Shown: positions 1 through 9,143 of the stretch, piece by piece
How positions within the stretch are numbered: position 1 is the first letter of the stretch
Layout of the letters: the number at the start of each line of letters is the position of its first letter
Virus record (IMG/VR): IMGVR_UViG_3300021420_000022
Span: 1-64,000 of that record
Origin: a virus
Direction: 5' to 3' (one strand)
DNA length: 64,000 bases
Notes under the pieces: model-generated
Databases searched by the model: none
What the model saw: the letters and a program-made list of their open reading frames with translations, nothing else
What the model was told of the DNA's origin: nothing
Translations under genes and position numbers: made by a program

Positions 1-99
1 CCACGGCGACGAGCCCCACGGCGACGAGCCCCACGGCGACGAGCCCCACGGCGACGAGCCCCACGGCGACGAGCCCCACGGCGACGAGCCCCACGGCGA
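1..99 (+). repeat. 15-bp tandem repeat CCACGGCGACGAGCC, about 6.5 copies, encoding (HGDEP)n
   Basis: Directly visible perfect 15-nt periodicity, in frame with the ORF ending at 187; truncated by the window edge. Confidence 0.95.
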
Positions 100-187
100 T
101 TACGTGCCCGAAGCAAAGGTCCATCCGGATTCGGGAATCAGTTCGAAGGCTCTCCACATCTATCTCGGAGAAGGATACTGGCTTTAA
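2..187 (+). CDS. Partial CDS (3' end) with HGDEP pentapeptide repeats
   Basis: Frame 2 is open from the window start to TAA at 185-187 and is followed immediately by the SD of the next gene. Confidence 0.6.
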   Translation, partial: HGDEPHGDEPHGDEPHGDEPHGDEPHGDEPHGDYVPEAKVHPDSGISSKALHIYLGEGYWL

Positions 188-196
188 GGAGGAAAC

Positions 197-364
197 ATGG
201 AAGGATACGGAGACAGGCTGGCTCGCGGCGCTAACAGCGCGACATTCGGCCCGCAAGACGGCAAGATCACGGAAGAGAAGTGGCGCGCCGCATTTGAGGG
301 GTTCGATGCGGAGGACTTCAAAAAGAATGGATTCAAACCGGAGAAGAGCAAGGAGAAAAAATGA
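197..364 (+). CDS. Small hypothetical protein (55 aa, MEGYGDRL...), absent from the ORF track
   Basis: Strong SD AAGGAGG; its TGA overlaps the next ATG (ATGA coupling). Confidence 0.7.
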   Translation: MEGYGDRLARGANSATFGPQDGKITEEKWRAAFEGFDAEDFKKNGFKPEKSKEKK

Positions 365-807
365 CGCGAGACTTGGCTGACACCGTGAAGGCGCTGGCGC
401 AGAAGGCTATTAGAGATAGCGGCCGTGAATATACCGCTTATGCGATAAACATCGTTGAGGTATTCGAGCCAGCCATCCGCGAACTGATAGCGCAAGAGCG
501 GGAGGTGTGCGCGAAGATTGGCCATACAACAGCATTCGAGTTTCTCGACATGCACCGAAATCAACGCCAATACTCATGGCATGACGTGGAAGATGCTCTA
601 ACAGCAGGTTCTAAGGCCATTCGCGCCAGGGGAGACAAATCCCTCGCGGAGCACGACGCCAAGATCAGGCGGGAAGCGTATCTGCGATGCGCAGACGACC
701 TATCGTCACTTCAAATATTCAAGGAATTCAAGTCTTTACACGAATTACGTAACAAGTGGGCCAACGAACCCCTTAGCGGGGGCAAGGCAGACGGAGGGGG
801 AAAGTGA
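361..807 (+). CDS. Hypothetical phage protein with EREVCAKI-type motif
   Basis: Coupled start and stop codons; motif common in small phage proteins. Confidence 0.75.
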   Translation: MTRDLADTVKALAQKAIRDSGREYTAYAINIVEVFEPAIRELIAQEREVCAKIGHTTAFEFLDMHRNQRQYSWHDVEDALTAGSKAIRARGDKSLAEHDAKIRREAYLRCADDLSSLQIFKEFKSLHELRNKWANEPLSGGKADGGGK

Positions 808-1076
808 GCTTAGAAGAGTTGAAGGCACAATTCATTGTAGACAAACTGCCGGACCGGTCGCCTAGAGTCGTTAGCCGACATAGAGACGGCAGGAAGCCAA
901 CACCACACACGGAATTCACCAATTGCACTCTTTCTTTTCCGAGAGAAGACGAGTTTGAATGCTCTGCGTGTGAGGCGATCTTCCAGTTTCGAATAATCAC
1001 ATCCTTGAATCATGCAGGAAAACGGCCTAAATTCTGTCCTGTCTGCGGACTTCGCAGAAGGGAACTGCGACCATAG
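804..1076 (+). CDS. Zinc-ribbon hypothetical protein
   Basis: CSAC...CPVC motif; GTGA overlap; SD GGAGG. Confidence 0.7.
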   Translation: MSLEELKAQFIVDKLPDRSPRVVSRHRDGRKPTPHTEFTNCTLSFPREDEFECSACEAIFQFRIITSLNHAGKRPKFCPVCGLRRRELRP

Positions 1077-1136
1077 GGCCGCGCCCAAGCCCGAGGGACC
1101 CCAATAATAATTCTGGAGTAAAAAGGAGTTAGCGAA

Positions 1137-1448
1137 GTGAGCGAGCACGACTGCGCAATACACGGTTGGCAATCGGAGCAAGAAGAATGCCCCAAATGCA
1201 AAGCTGATCCTATAGCAGCCTATAGACAGACTTATAACCAGTTCCAAGTCGATGCTATTAAGAACCGGCTGAGGCGCGACCTCGACCTCGCGGTGCTGGA
1301 GGCGAGGATTGAGGAAGCGAAATGGTGGGATTCGAGAGCCCACCACCATAATCATCACGATCAACGCGCTACAAGAGAGCACGTTGATTGGTGCGTAGCC
1401 TGCAGGAGAGTGGCCGATCTCCAGAAGAAGATTCAAGCTTTACGATGA
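1137..1448 (+). CDS. Hypothetical Cys/His-rich protein
   Basis: SD AAGGAG; CxxH, CxxC and CxxC motifs; converges on the end of the late operon. Confidence 0.7.
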   Translation: MSEHDCAIHGWQSEQEECPKCKADPIAAYRQTYNQFQVDAIKNRLRRDLDLAVLEARIEEAKWWDSRAHHHNHHDQRATREHVDWCVACRRVADLQKKIQALR

Positions 1449-1885
1449 AACACCAGCGCGGCGCGGAAATCGGTCGGTGTAGCTAGGTCCGCGTCAAGGT
1501 TGAACAGGACAGCGGATAACGGGACCCCGCCCGGGAAGACCGCTGACACCGGGAAGTTGACCGGCTTCGAGCCGACGCCTTGAATGTCGAACCCTAGCAG
1601 ATTGCTCTGGCCATTACCAATCCAGCCGCAGATCGCGGTGCTGATCCCGCCTTTAAACCCGAACCAGCCCAGTAAACGACGCGACCACGACCAGTTCAGA
1701 CCGTAGTAGGACAGCGTCCCTGACACCGCGTCGACAACAACCGGCTGCGGCTTTCCTGCCGCATCTAGCAACGGGAAACTCCTAATGATAGTGCCCGATG
1801 CGTCGCAGTATACCTCAACCATCACACTGACCGTATCCGGTGAGACTTCTACAGCAGACCCAGCGTCAAAATTCAAGTTCGACAT
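1433..1885 (-). CDS. Hypothetical protein, last gene of the late operon
   Basis: SD AAGGAG precedes the ATG at 1885 (MSNLNF...); the ORF-track start at 1966 is unlikely. Confidence 0.7.
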   Translation of the reverse strand: MSNLNFDAGSAVEVSPDTVSVMVEVYCDASGTIIRSFPLLDAAGKPQPVVVDAVSGTLSYYGLNWSWSRRLLGWFGFKGGISTAICGWIGNGQSNLLGFDIQGVGSKPVNFPVSAVFPGGVPLSAVLFNLDADLATPTDFRAALVFHRKA

Positions 1886-1896
1886 TTTAAACTCCT

Positions 1897-4257
1897 TTAG
1901 TTCGACGGGGCCATAATGAACAACATTACCGGTGCCCCAATTAGAGCCGAATTCGTAATGTTCCAAGCGTCTGAAGCGTTCGTTGTACTTGCTTGCAACG
2001 TATAGGTGTGCGCGTTTCCGTCTCCGTTAAACTCGTATACTAAATTAAATCCGAGAGTCGTATTCAACGTCCCTGTCTGTAAAATTTGAGTCACAACTGC
2101 GCTAGAAAAACTATCAAAGAGAGCGATGTTGACGTTTGCGGTCCCTGTAGTGGGGAAACAGGTTCCGCTGCACCAAACACAAAGTTTCCATCCAGTTGGG
2201 ATCGTGAGAGCGCCGCTTGTCAAATGCGCGGCATCGACATTGGCGAGTGAAGTATTTGTGCCGGTGTAATTTCCAGAACCTGTTCCTCGCGCAAAAACAA
2301 TTGTTTGAATGCCTGTGCCGGTCGGCGTGCCGTTGATTATCGGTGAGGTAGTCTTAATCGCGCCGGAAAAATCACCCTGAGTGCCGTTTCCTATACCGAT
2401 AAGTCCCGCCGAAATTCGAGAAACCCCAGTGTCTAACGTCACGCCACCCGTAGTTGAATAAAAACCGTACGAAGCGCCAGACCCGATGGCTACGGAATTG
2501 TTATTTTGAAAGAAAATATCCATCAGATTAGTGCTGGTGGAAAAACGGGCCTGCTTGCAAAGTATTGCTCCAGTTGCGTCACCCGACGTGCCATTACCGA
2601 AATATAAACCGCCAGCGAAGCCGCGAGATATGCCGGTATCACCGTTCCACGAAATCACCTGACCGGAAGCCTCGTTGATAACTGGGGCGGTCAAAGTCTT
2701 ATTTGTCAATGTTTGACTGGCGGTATCTATAACAATATTTCCGCCAGCGTTCGGCAAAACCCATGCGGTTGATGACGACGTAAGTCCGGCAACCGCCAAA
2801 ACGCCTAGATGTCCGCTACCGTCTTGGTAGTTATAAATCCCGTTGTTGTCAAAGAACGCATGGACTGTACCGCTGGCGTCAGCTAATTCAAGTACAGCCG
2901 ATCCTCCCGACAAACCCGTAGGAAACACAAAATAAAACGGAATCGTCGCCGTGTTTGAAAAAACTCCGGAGTTGCCTGTCAACGAAGCAGTAGGAATGGA
3001 ATTCAGCCCAGAAATAGCTAGATACATATTCTGAGAGCCCGCGTCCTTTACGCAAGCTTGATTTACTGCACGCGCAGACTCACAATAGACGTGAACATGA
3101 TTTCGCTGACCATTAGTATAATATGCAGTGTTCCCCGATCCCGTTAAATTATCAGCCGTAACTCGAATCTGCACGTGCTGATCATAAGCTCCTGTCGCAT
3201 CAAACGCAATCGCGTTAGCAACATTTCCCTCATTATACTCCACAATATTCAAATCCGTCCAAACGTCGCCTTCGCTGAAATGTTGAATGACTGGAATGTC
3301 GATCTGAGCGATTTCTACAGAATCGAACCTATTCAATGATACGTCGCCTATGGATGATGTTCCTTGGCAGTTGATACCGTGCTCACCGACCGTTCTGTCG
3401 CCTATAATCCGAACATTGCGGATAGTGTTGAATTGGGTGAACAGATTTAACGAGACGTTGCCCTCCATCGTTATACCCGTCGAGGTAGCGTGCGTTACAG
3501 AAATCCACAAATCTTCGACGCGAGCGAAGTGCGTGCCGTTCGGAAAATCAAATGCCGCCGAGCCATTTGGCGCAGTAACTTGGGTTGAGTCTTTACCCGA
3601 ACCTATAACCGCCACTCCCGTAGGCATCGTAATGCCTCCGGCATAAGTTCCGGCAGCGATATGGACCGTCCCTCCTCCTGTAACGCCAGCATTAAGCGCA
3701 GTGATTGCCGCCGCAATCGTCAACTTAGCCGTGCCCCAACTCAGCCCGTCGTTTGAGTCGTTCCCGTCATTAATAGAAACATATTGCACGGAGTCAGCAA
3801 CAGCAGCTTTAACTGCCACGTTGCCGCTACTTCCGTTGCCGCTCGCTGTGAGACTACCGATAAAAATGTTGCTCCCCGAAAAAGTGTTGTTTCCAGTCAA
3901 GATACTGGTCGGTAGAGGCCCAACAGGAATGGGGAAGATTGTAAGCGGCGCTGTAGAATCCAGATCAATTGGGCCGGAGCCCGTCAACAAATAATTCGAT
4001 ACAACATAAGGCGCATTCGAATACTGGACCTGATAGAAAGTTCCCGCAGGAGTGATAGTGTCATTCCCCTGAATCTGGATAGAGAAAAACCCCAATGAGT
4101 TCGTGGTCGTCGAAACCGATGAAGGTACGATGATATTAGTTCCGTTCACATACGGAGTGTTCCCATTAAGATTACTGAGCGTAAACTTTACTGGCGCATT
4201 AGCAATCGGAGTTCCTGTCGAGTCATAAAGATGCCCGGTAACTGTAATCTGTGACAT
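1897..4257 (-). CDS. Tailspike / tail fibre with N-terminal Ig-like head-binding domain and pectate-lyase-like beta-helix
   Basis: N-terminal G.LYD.TG.P..NA.V.F motif; GNDSNDGLSWGTAKLTIAAAI (DUF1565-like) motif; G/T/S-rich beta-helix composition. Confidence 0.8.
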   Translation of the reverse strand: MSQITVTGHLYDSTGTPIANAPVKFTLSNLNGNTPYVNGTNIIVPSSVSTTTNSLGFFSIQIQGNDTITPAGTFYQVQYSNAPYVVSNYLLTGSGPIDLDSTAPLTIFPIPVGPLPTSILTGNNTFSGSNIFIGSLTASGNGSSGNVAVKAAVADSVQYVSINDGNDSNDGLSWGTAKLTIAAAITALNAGVTGGGTVHIAAGTYAGGITMPTGVAVIGSGKDSTQVTAPNGSAAFDFPNGTHFARVEDLWISVTHATSTGITMEGNVSLNLFTQFNTIRNVRIIGDRTVGEHGINCQGTSSIGDVSLNRFDSVEIAQIDIPVIQHFSEGDVWTDLNIVEYNEGNVANAIAFDATGAYDQHVQIRVTADNLTGSGNTAYYTNGQRNHVHVYCESARAVNQACVKDAGSQNMYLAISGLNSIPTASLTGNSGVFSNTATIPFYFVFPTGLSGGSAVLELADASGTVHAFFDNNGIYNYQDGSGHLGVLAVAGLTSSSTAWVLPNAGGNIVIDTASQTLTNKTLTAPVINEASGQVISWNGDTGISRGFAGGLYFGNGTSGDATGAILCKQARFSTSTNLMDIFFQNNNSVAIGSGASYGFYSTTGGVTLDTGVSRISAGLIGIGNGTQGDFSGAIKTTSPIINGTPTGTGIQTIVFARGTGSGNYTGTNTSLANVDAAHLTSGALTIPTGWKLCVWCSGTCFPTTGTANVNIALFDSFSSAVVTQILQTGTLNTTLGFNLVYEFNGDGNAHTYTLQASTTNASDAWNITNSALIGAPVMLFIMAPSN

Positions 4258-4267
4258 TGTCTGTCCT

Positions 4268-7200
4268 TTACTTCACAAAATCTTTTAGATCGCCGAGGCG
4301 AACCGTTTTCTTGGTGGCCGGATCGTATTTGAAAACACCGGACTGATGGATCGTGTACACAGGAATTTTGTGCTTGTCCGCAATTTTTCGGTCGTTGTCA
4401 GAGGGGTCCGGTTGACTCTTCGTCGGATGAACATGGATTTCCGCTGCTACATTTGGTTGTAATGTAGTCGTCATTTTCATGTCTTGGTTAGTTTGCTGAT
4501 GCGGCACAACCGCGTAGGCCGAAGGGGAGCCGTTAATGGCAAACCCAGCCTCTTCACGACCTTCGCCCAAACCGTTCTTGGCGCGCTTCCATGCGTCAGC
4601 CATTGCCGTCCGAACTTTCGTCTCGTTGACCCAATCTGTCGGCGCAGGCTTCGCGGCGATATCCGGCACGACATTCTTGCCGGGCTCGATAGGATCGGCC
4701 TTGAATTTTACTTTGTCGGCGTCTCGCCCTCGGACTGCTTTTCTAAGATATGACTTAAGAGTTGGGCTAGCTGCCTCGTTTTTCGACCTTTCGAGGAGCT
4801 CTGACTTTCCGCGCTCTGTGATCTTCCGGATGTCTGCAAAAACTTCTTCTGGAGTTCCTCCAGACTTGGAAATGACTCTCCGGGCGAGTTCTTTAATCTT
4901 TGGATTATTGAGGATGATGTCACCATAAGTTTCTCCTGCCTTCAAAGTATCTCCAGATTTAATCTTTTCTAGAATCTGAGGCGCAGTCAACGAAGTGTCC
5001 GGACTTAGCAATCGACCGATCACCCAGTTCGAAGCTTGAGCCTCTTCTAACGTCATGTTTTCGGACAGCGCGGCCTGACGCAACCAGTCTTTCATCGCAA
5101 AATACATTTTAGCAACGGGCTGAGACTCCTTACCGTACGCCATCGTTCGACCGGTGTGTCGGTCCAGAACCCCGGCCCACGGATCGCCGCCCATCGTCAG
5201 ACCCATGTTGGCGATCTTCGCGGAGCGCAAATTCTCTGGGTGATAAAACGAACTTCCGCCCACGTAACGCTCCAACATGATCTTATCGACCGGCAGCATG
5301 CGTTGAGCTTTGCCGGGTTCGACAGGCCCAAACAAATTCATACCTTCTTCGGATTCGGCCAATTGTTGTTGCGCACGCTCGGCGATGTCCGATATTGCTC
5401 CGGGCGCAGTCGGCTTCCCGGCCTCAACCCAGTCCAAATGAATCTTGAGAGCCATCCGCAGCGCCAGATCGTTGCCCTTGTTCGAACTGACTGCCGTCAG
5501 AAACTGACCGAGATCGTGCGCCGTCTCCGGGTCCGCGTTACCGAGCAGGCTCATTATTTCACGAGAATCTTGCCACCAATTCTTGGCGACCTGACCGGCG
5601 CGAATCATTGAACGCGTCTCGGCTTGCGAAGGAAAGTTCTTTTGCATCTCTTTGAAATTTGCGCCAGAAGCATCCGCCATGCGCTTGTCTATGTCATAGC
5701 GCCCAAAGCTTGTCTTCTCGTTCTGACCGCCTGTAGGAATCTCTCGACCGCCTTCAATATCGTAGATCGCTTTCTGATCGAGCTTCCGAGCTGTCCACTC
5801 CGCGCCCTCGCGGGACTGAGTGTTCGCGCCGATGTTCAGTTCCCAGCCCTTCTCTGGGTCCTGATACCAACCAAGTCGCAAATCCGGATGCTTGTCGAAG
5901 ATATCTTTGTGAGTTTCGTAATAACTCTTCACGTCCTCCGGAGTTGGCGCATGATCCAAACGCTGCCGAGCTTCCGGATAAACTTCCACACCAAAGCCTT
6001 TTGCGTCTTCTTTGCCAGTCTTCGGGTCTACAGCGCCACCGGCAGGACGATCCGCTAAAAGATCGGCTGTCGCGCCCCAGTGTCCCTGTCCTGCGGAAGG
6101 AACCTCTGGGTTGCCCGGCTTGTTTTGCTCCGGAACATTCCACTTACCCGACTGAAACCCCTCGCGCTGACTCGCCTGCTCTTCTGGCGAGGCGAACATG
6201 AAGAAATTATCCGCGTTAGGTTTACTCCCAGCGTACGGATCGAAACTTTCTGCGCCAGCTGCAGACGGTGTGGCTTGCTGCATCTCAGGCGGCAGCAACG
6301 CGGCCTTGTTGTCCGCAAACGGACGTTCGGATGTTGGAACGAATCCCGGCTCACCTTTCGCGGGGAGCTTACCCTCAGCATTGCGGAGGTGCGCCCCGTA
6401 GTTGAACCAAGAATTCTGAGCGCGAGTCTCTGTCGTCAAGGCCGGGATCGCCTCCGGACTAAACATCTGCCGGTGGACCAAGTAGGCATTCTCTTCGCCC
6501 TTCGGTCCAAACTGGAACCCGTGCGCCGCGTGACCGAACAGATCGTGAACAGCTCGCAGCATATCGTTCGAAGAGTAGCCAGTCTGAGGATCGATCTCCG
6601 CTAACGGGTGATCTTTCGCCATCGTGCCGCCCTGAAAGAAATACAGGTGATGGTTGTTGTTGACATCGTCCATCATCTCTTTCGAGTTCGCATACGGTTG
6701 CGCTTTTTCCTTCCCCAGCTCCTTGAAAGACTTGTTGTAGTCGAACGAAGTTTCCCACGGCTCAAACTTTATCCCCATCTTCTGTGTAGCGTAGTCCCAT
6801 TGCGCCCGAATGTCACGCTTCATTGCCGCGTACGATTTCTGCACTGCCGGATCGTTCGGATTATGCTTCAGCGCATCAAAAGCATCCGCGACTCGCGCCG
6901 CAAACTCCGGATCGTGAGGCTTCGTAGTGGCGTCGATAGCGGGCCGCTTGTTTTCAGCGTTAAACGCATCAGCGCCCTCAGCAACTGTCGCGGGCTTCTC
7001 ATCGGGAATATGCAGCGGATGGCCGGGCTGCACGACCTCGGATTGCTGCGGCTTCGCTTTCAAATAGCCAGCGCGAGATTCGCGCATCTTAGCCCGAACG
7101 TTCGCCGGGGTGACTTGCTCCGGCGGCAGGGACAGGGAACTGCCTGTCGCAGGATCGTGAAATTGAATTCCGTCAGGCAGATTGAGTTCCGGATAGCCTT

Positions 7201-7909
7201 TCTGGATTCCGCCGGGAACTGCGCCAGCTTCTTTTATCGCGGCGTCGAACTTACCAGTAGTCATCTCCGGAGGAATTACAGCGGGTTTACCGTTAACTAT
7301 CGGCCTCGGGACGCGCTGACCCAACTCGGGCAGCAACTCTCCCGCACCCTCTCCGCCCGGCTGGACCATACCAACAAGAAAATTGGAGCGCTTTTCAGGG
7401 TCACGAAGAATACCTTGAATCTCCTGATTAAACTGATCGTTAATCTCTTTGCCTCGCGGCGTCTTGAGAAACGCAGGCAGCAGACCGGCGCTCGTTAGAT
7501 TAGAGAGCTCCTCTCCAGCGGTCACCAACTTCTCGTTCGCGTGCTTGAAACCTTTCGACACCGCATCCGCGACCTTATGGTACGGAACCCAACCGGGCGC
7601 GCCAGAGGAGTGCGTCATCGGGATTGCAATGTGATATCCGGATTCTCGCGCATGCTGGACCCGATGCAACGGAACGTCGCCAGCCTGCTTACCGTTCGGG
7701 GTCAGCATCGCGACCGTGCCGTCATCAGAAACAAGGTTCTTCCAGCCCGCAGGTTCCTGCCCTTGCTTAGACACGAGCTGATCCCATCCGTTGAAGGCCG
7801 GAGACACCGCGTCCGTAGAAGGCTGTAACGCTGGAGGCAGCGGCGTCGGGGCAACTTGGCCGGGGCGGTCTGCTACTTGCTGATCTGGAGAGGTAGAGTC
7901 ATTCGCCAT
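4268..7909 (-). CDS. Large polyvalent DNA-ejection (internal virion) protein with C-terminal JAB/MPN domain
   Basis: Position after the ejection genes; AVHDLFGH motif; C-terminal E...HVHP...PSDND JAMM signature. Confidence 0.75.
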   Translation of the reverse strand: MANDSTSPDQQVADRPGQVAPTPLPPALQPSTDAVSPAFNGWDQLVSKQGQEPAGWKNLVSDDGTVAMLTPNGKQAGDVPLHRVQHARESGYHIAIPMTHSSGAPGWVPYHKVADAVSKGFKHANEKLVTAGEELSNLTSAGLLPAFLKTPRGKEINDQFNQEIQGILRDPEKRSNFLVGMVQPGGEGAGELLPELGQRVPRPIVNGKPAVIPPEMTTGKFDAAIKEAGAVPGGIQKGYPELNLPDGIQFHDPATGSSLSLPPEQVTPANVRAKMRESRAGYLKAKPQQSEVVQPGHPLHIPDEKPATVAEGADAFNAENKRPAIDATTKPHDPEFAARVADAFDALKHNPNDPAVQKSYAAMKRDIRAQWDYATQKMGIKFEPWETSFDYNKSFKELGKEKAQPYANSKEMMDDVNNNHHLYFFQGGTMAKDHPLAEIDPQTGYSSNDMLRAVHDLFGHAAHGFQFGPKGEENAYLVHRQMFSPEAIPALTTETRAQNSWFNYGAHLRNAEGKLPAKGEPGFVPTSERPFADNKAALLPPEMQQATPSAAGAESFDPYAGSKPNADNFFMFASPEEQASQREGFQSGKWNVPEQNKPGNPEVPSAGQGHWGATADLLADRPAGGAVDPKTGKEDAKGFGVEVYPEARQRLDHAPTPEDVKSYYETHKDIFDKHPDLRLGWYQDPEKGWELNIGANTQSREGAEWTARKLDQKAIYDIEGGREIPTGGQNEKTSFGRYDIDKRMADASGANFKEMQKNFPSQAETRSMIRAGQVAKNWWQDSREIMSLLGNADPETAHDLGQFLTAVSSNKGNDLALRMALKIHLDWVEAGKPTAPGAISDIAERAQQQLAESEEGMNLFGPVEPGKAQRMLPVDKIMLERYVGGSSFYHPENLRSAKIANMGLTMGGDPWAGVLDRHTGRTMAYGKESQPVAKMYFAMKDWLRQAALSENMTLEEAQASNWVIGRLLSPDTSLTAPQILEKIKSGDTLKAGETYGDIILNNPKIKELARRVISKSGGTPEEVFADIRKITERGKSELLERSKNEAASPTLKSYLRKAVRGRDADKVKFKADPIEPGKNVVPDIAAKPAPTDWVNETKVRTAMADAWKRAKNGLGEGREEAGFAINGSPSAYAVVPHQQTNQDMKMTTTLQPNVAAEIHVHPTKSQPDPSDNDRKIADKHKIPVYTIHQSGVFKYDPATKKTVRLGDLKDFVK

Positions 7910-7910
7910 T

Positions 7911-9143
7911 TTATTTTCCGGGCATCAGATGCTTAGCAGCATCAACCAAAGTACCGGCACCGATTACACCGCCAGCAATCCATTCGGCTATCACCCGAGC
8001 CCGAATAGCGGACTGGCCGAGTCGCTGAGCTTCGTAAAGTCGACCAAGCAGTGCGTTCGCGTTCTGCTCACCCAAAGCTTGCTCCAATCGCGAGCTGCCA
8101 TATTTATCGGCGTACTGAAGTTTTTGAAGAGCCTTAATTGTGGGCTCTACGTTAATCAACTCGTCCGCGCCGCGTCGCGCATTTCCGAAAACGTTAGCCG
8201 GAGTTTGAAATACTTTTTCAACGTCTCGCTGAGCCTGCACTCGCCCGTACACTTTGTCAGCTTTGTCGAGCGTATCCAGGGGAACGTTGGCGGCAACGGC
8301 GTCGTGTTTAGCCTGCTCAATCTTATCCATTATGGCGCTACGCTTAGCTTCGAACTTAGCCTCAGCGTCGGGATCGATAGCTTGACGAATCTGATATTCC
8401 GTGTGCTCCAGATCGTCGCGCAATTTTTTGATGTCTGTCCCAGCAGCGCGGTCAAATTGCGAATAGAGGCTCTTGTATTCAGACTCTCCCTCCGCAATAG
8501 GCTGCTCCATAATGTACGGCAGGCTGGTCTCCGTCATCGGATTTTTTGATGCTGCGGCTGCCGCGTCCTGTATGGCCGCCTTGGCCGGAGCCTGCTCGAC
8601 TTTCGCACCCTTGATGAGTTTTTGAGTCACAGTAGCTGACACCGGGGGCCGTGCCGCAACAGTTGTGTTCGCCGCAGCGGCGTCTGCCGCGCCGCCTTCT
8701 AACGCAGACGAGAAGCCCGGACCCGGAGGTGGCACAGGTTGAGCCAACGGATGAGTCGGGTCATTCGGAACCTCGTCGCCGGGAACGTACACACGCTTCA
8801 GCGCGTCCCCAACTATCGCGAGCGCCGGATGTTCTTTCCGACCCTCTTGAGTGTAGTTTTCGATATTCCGAATCGCCGTACGCAATGGTGTCCCTACATC
8901 CCACTTGAACTGTTGACCGAGAGACGGCTGCCGCATCAGGTGCCCGTCGACTTGTTCGAATGGGTCCGCACCCTTAGTTAAATCTTGCGGGTCGACCTCG
9001 ACCGGAGCACCGAGATTTTTCCCAGTGCTAGCCTGTTGCGCAGGTTGGGGTGTGCTGCTCAAGTCCGAGGCATCAACTTCCACAGGAGCGCCAAGGTTGG
9101 CGGGCCGCTGCGAATTTACTGCTGTGTCAGTTCCGGTTGCCAT
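7911..9143 (-). CDS. Putative DNA-ejection / internal virion protein
   Basis: Helical A/Q-rich protein with a C-terminal hydrophobic Gly-rich segment; synteny. Confidence 0.65.
   Translation of the reverse strand: MATGTDTAVNSQRPANLGAPVEVDASDLSSTPQPAQQASTGKNLGAPVEVDPQDLTKGADPFEQVDGHLMRQPSLGQQFKWDVGTPLRTAIRNIENYTQEGRKEHPALAIVGDALKRVYVPGDEVPNDPTHPLAQPVPPPGPGFSSALEGGAADAAAANTTVAARPPVSATVTQKLIKGAKVEQAPAKAAIQDAAAAASKNPMTETSLPYIMEQPIAEGESEYKSLYSQFDRAAGTDIKKLRDDLEHTEYQIRQAIDPDAEAKFEAKRSAIMDKIEQAKHDAVAANVPLDTLDKADKVYGRVQAQRDVEKVFQTPANVFGNARRGADELINVEPTIKALQKLQYADKYGSSRLEQALGEQNANALLGRLYEAQRLGQSAIRARVIAEWIAGGVIGAGTLVDAAKHLMPGK

Noticed and set aside
1-99. CRISPR array
   Set aside because: Contiguous 15-bp repeats with no spacers, in frame within a CDS
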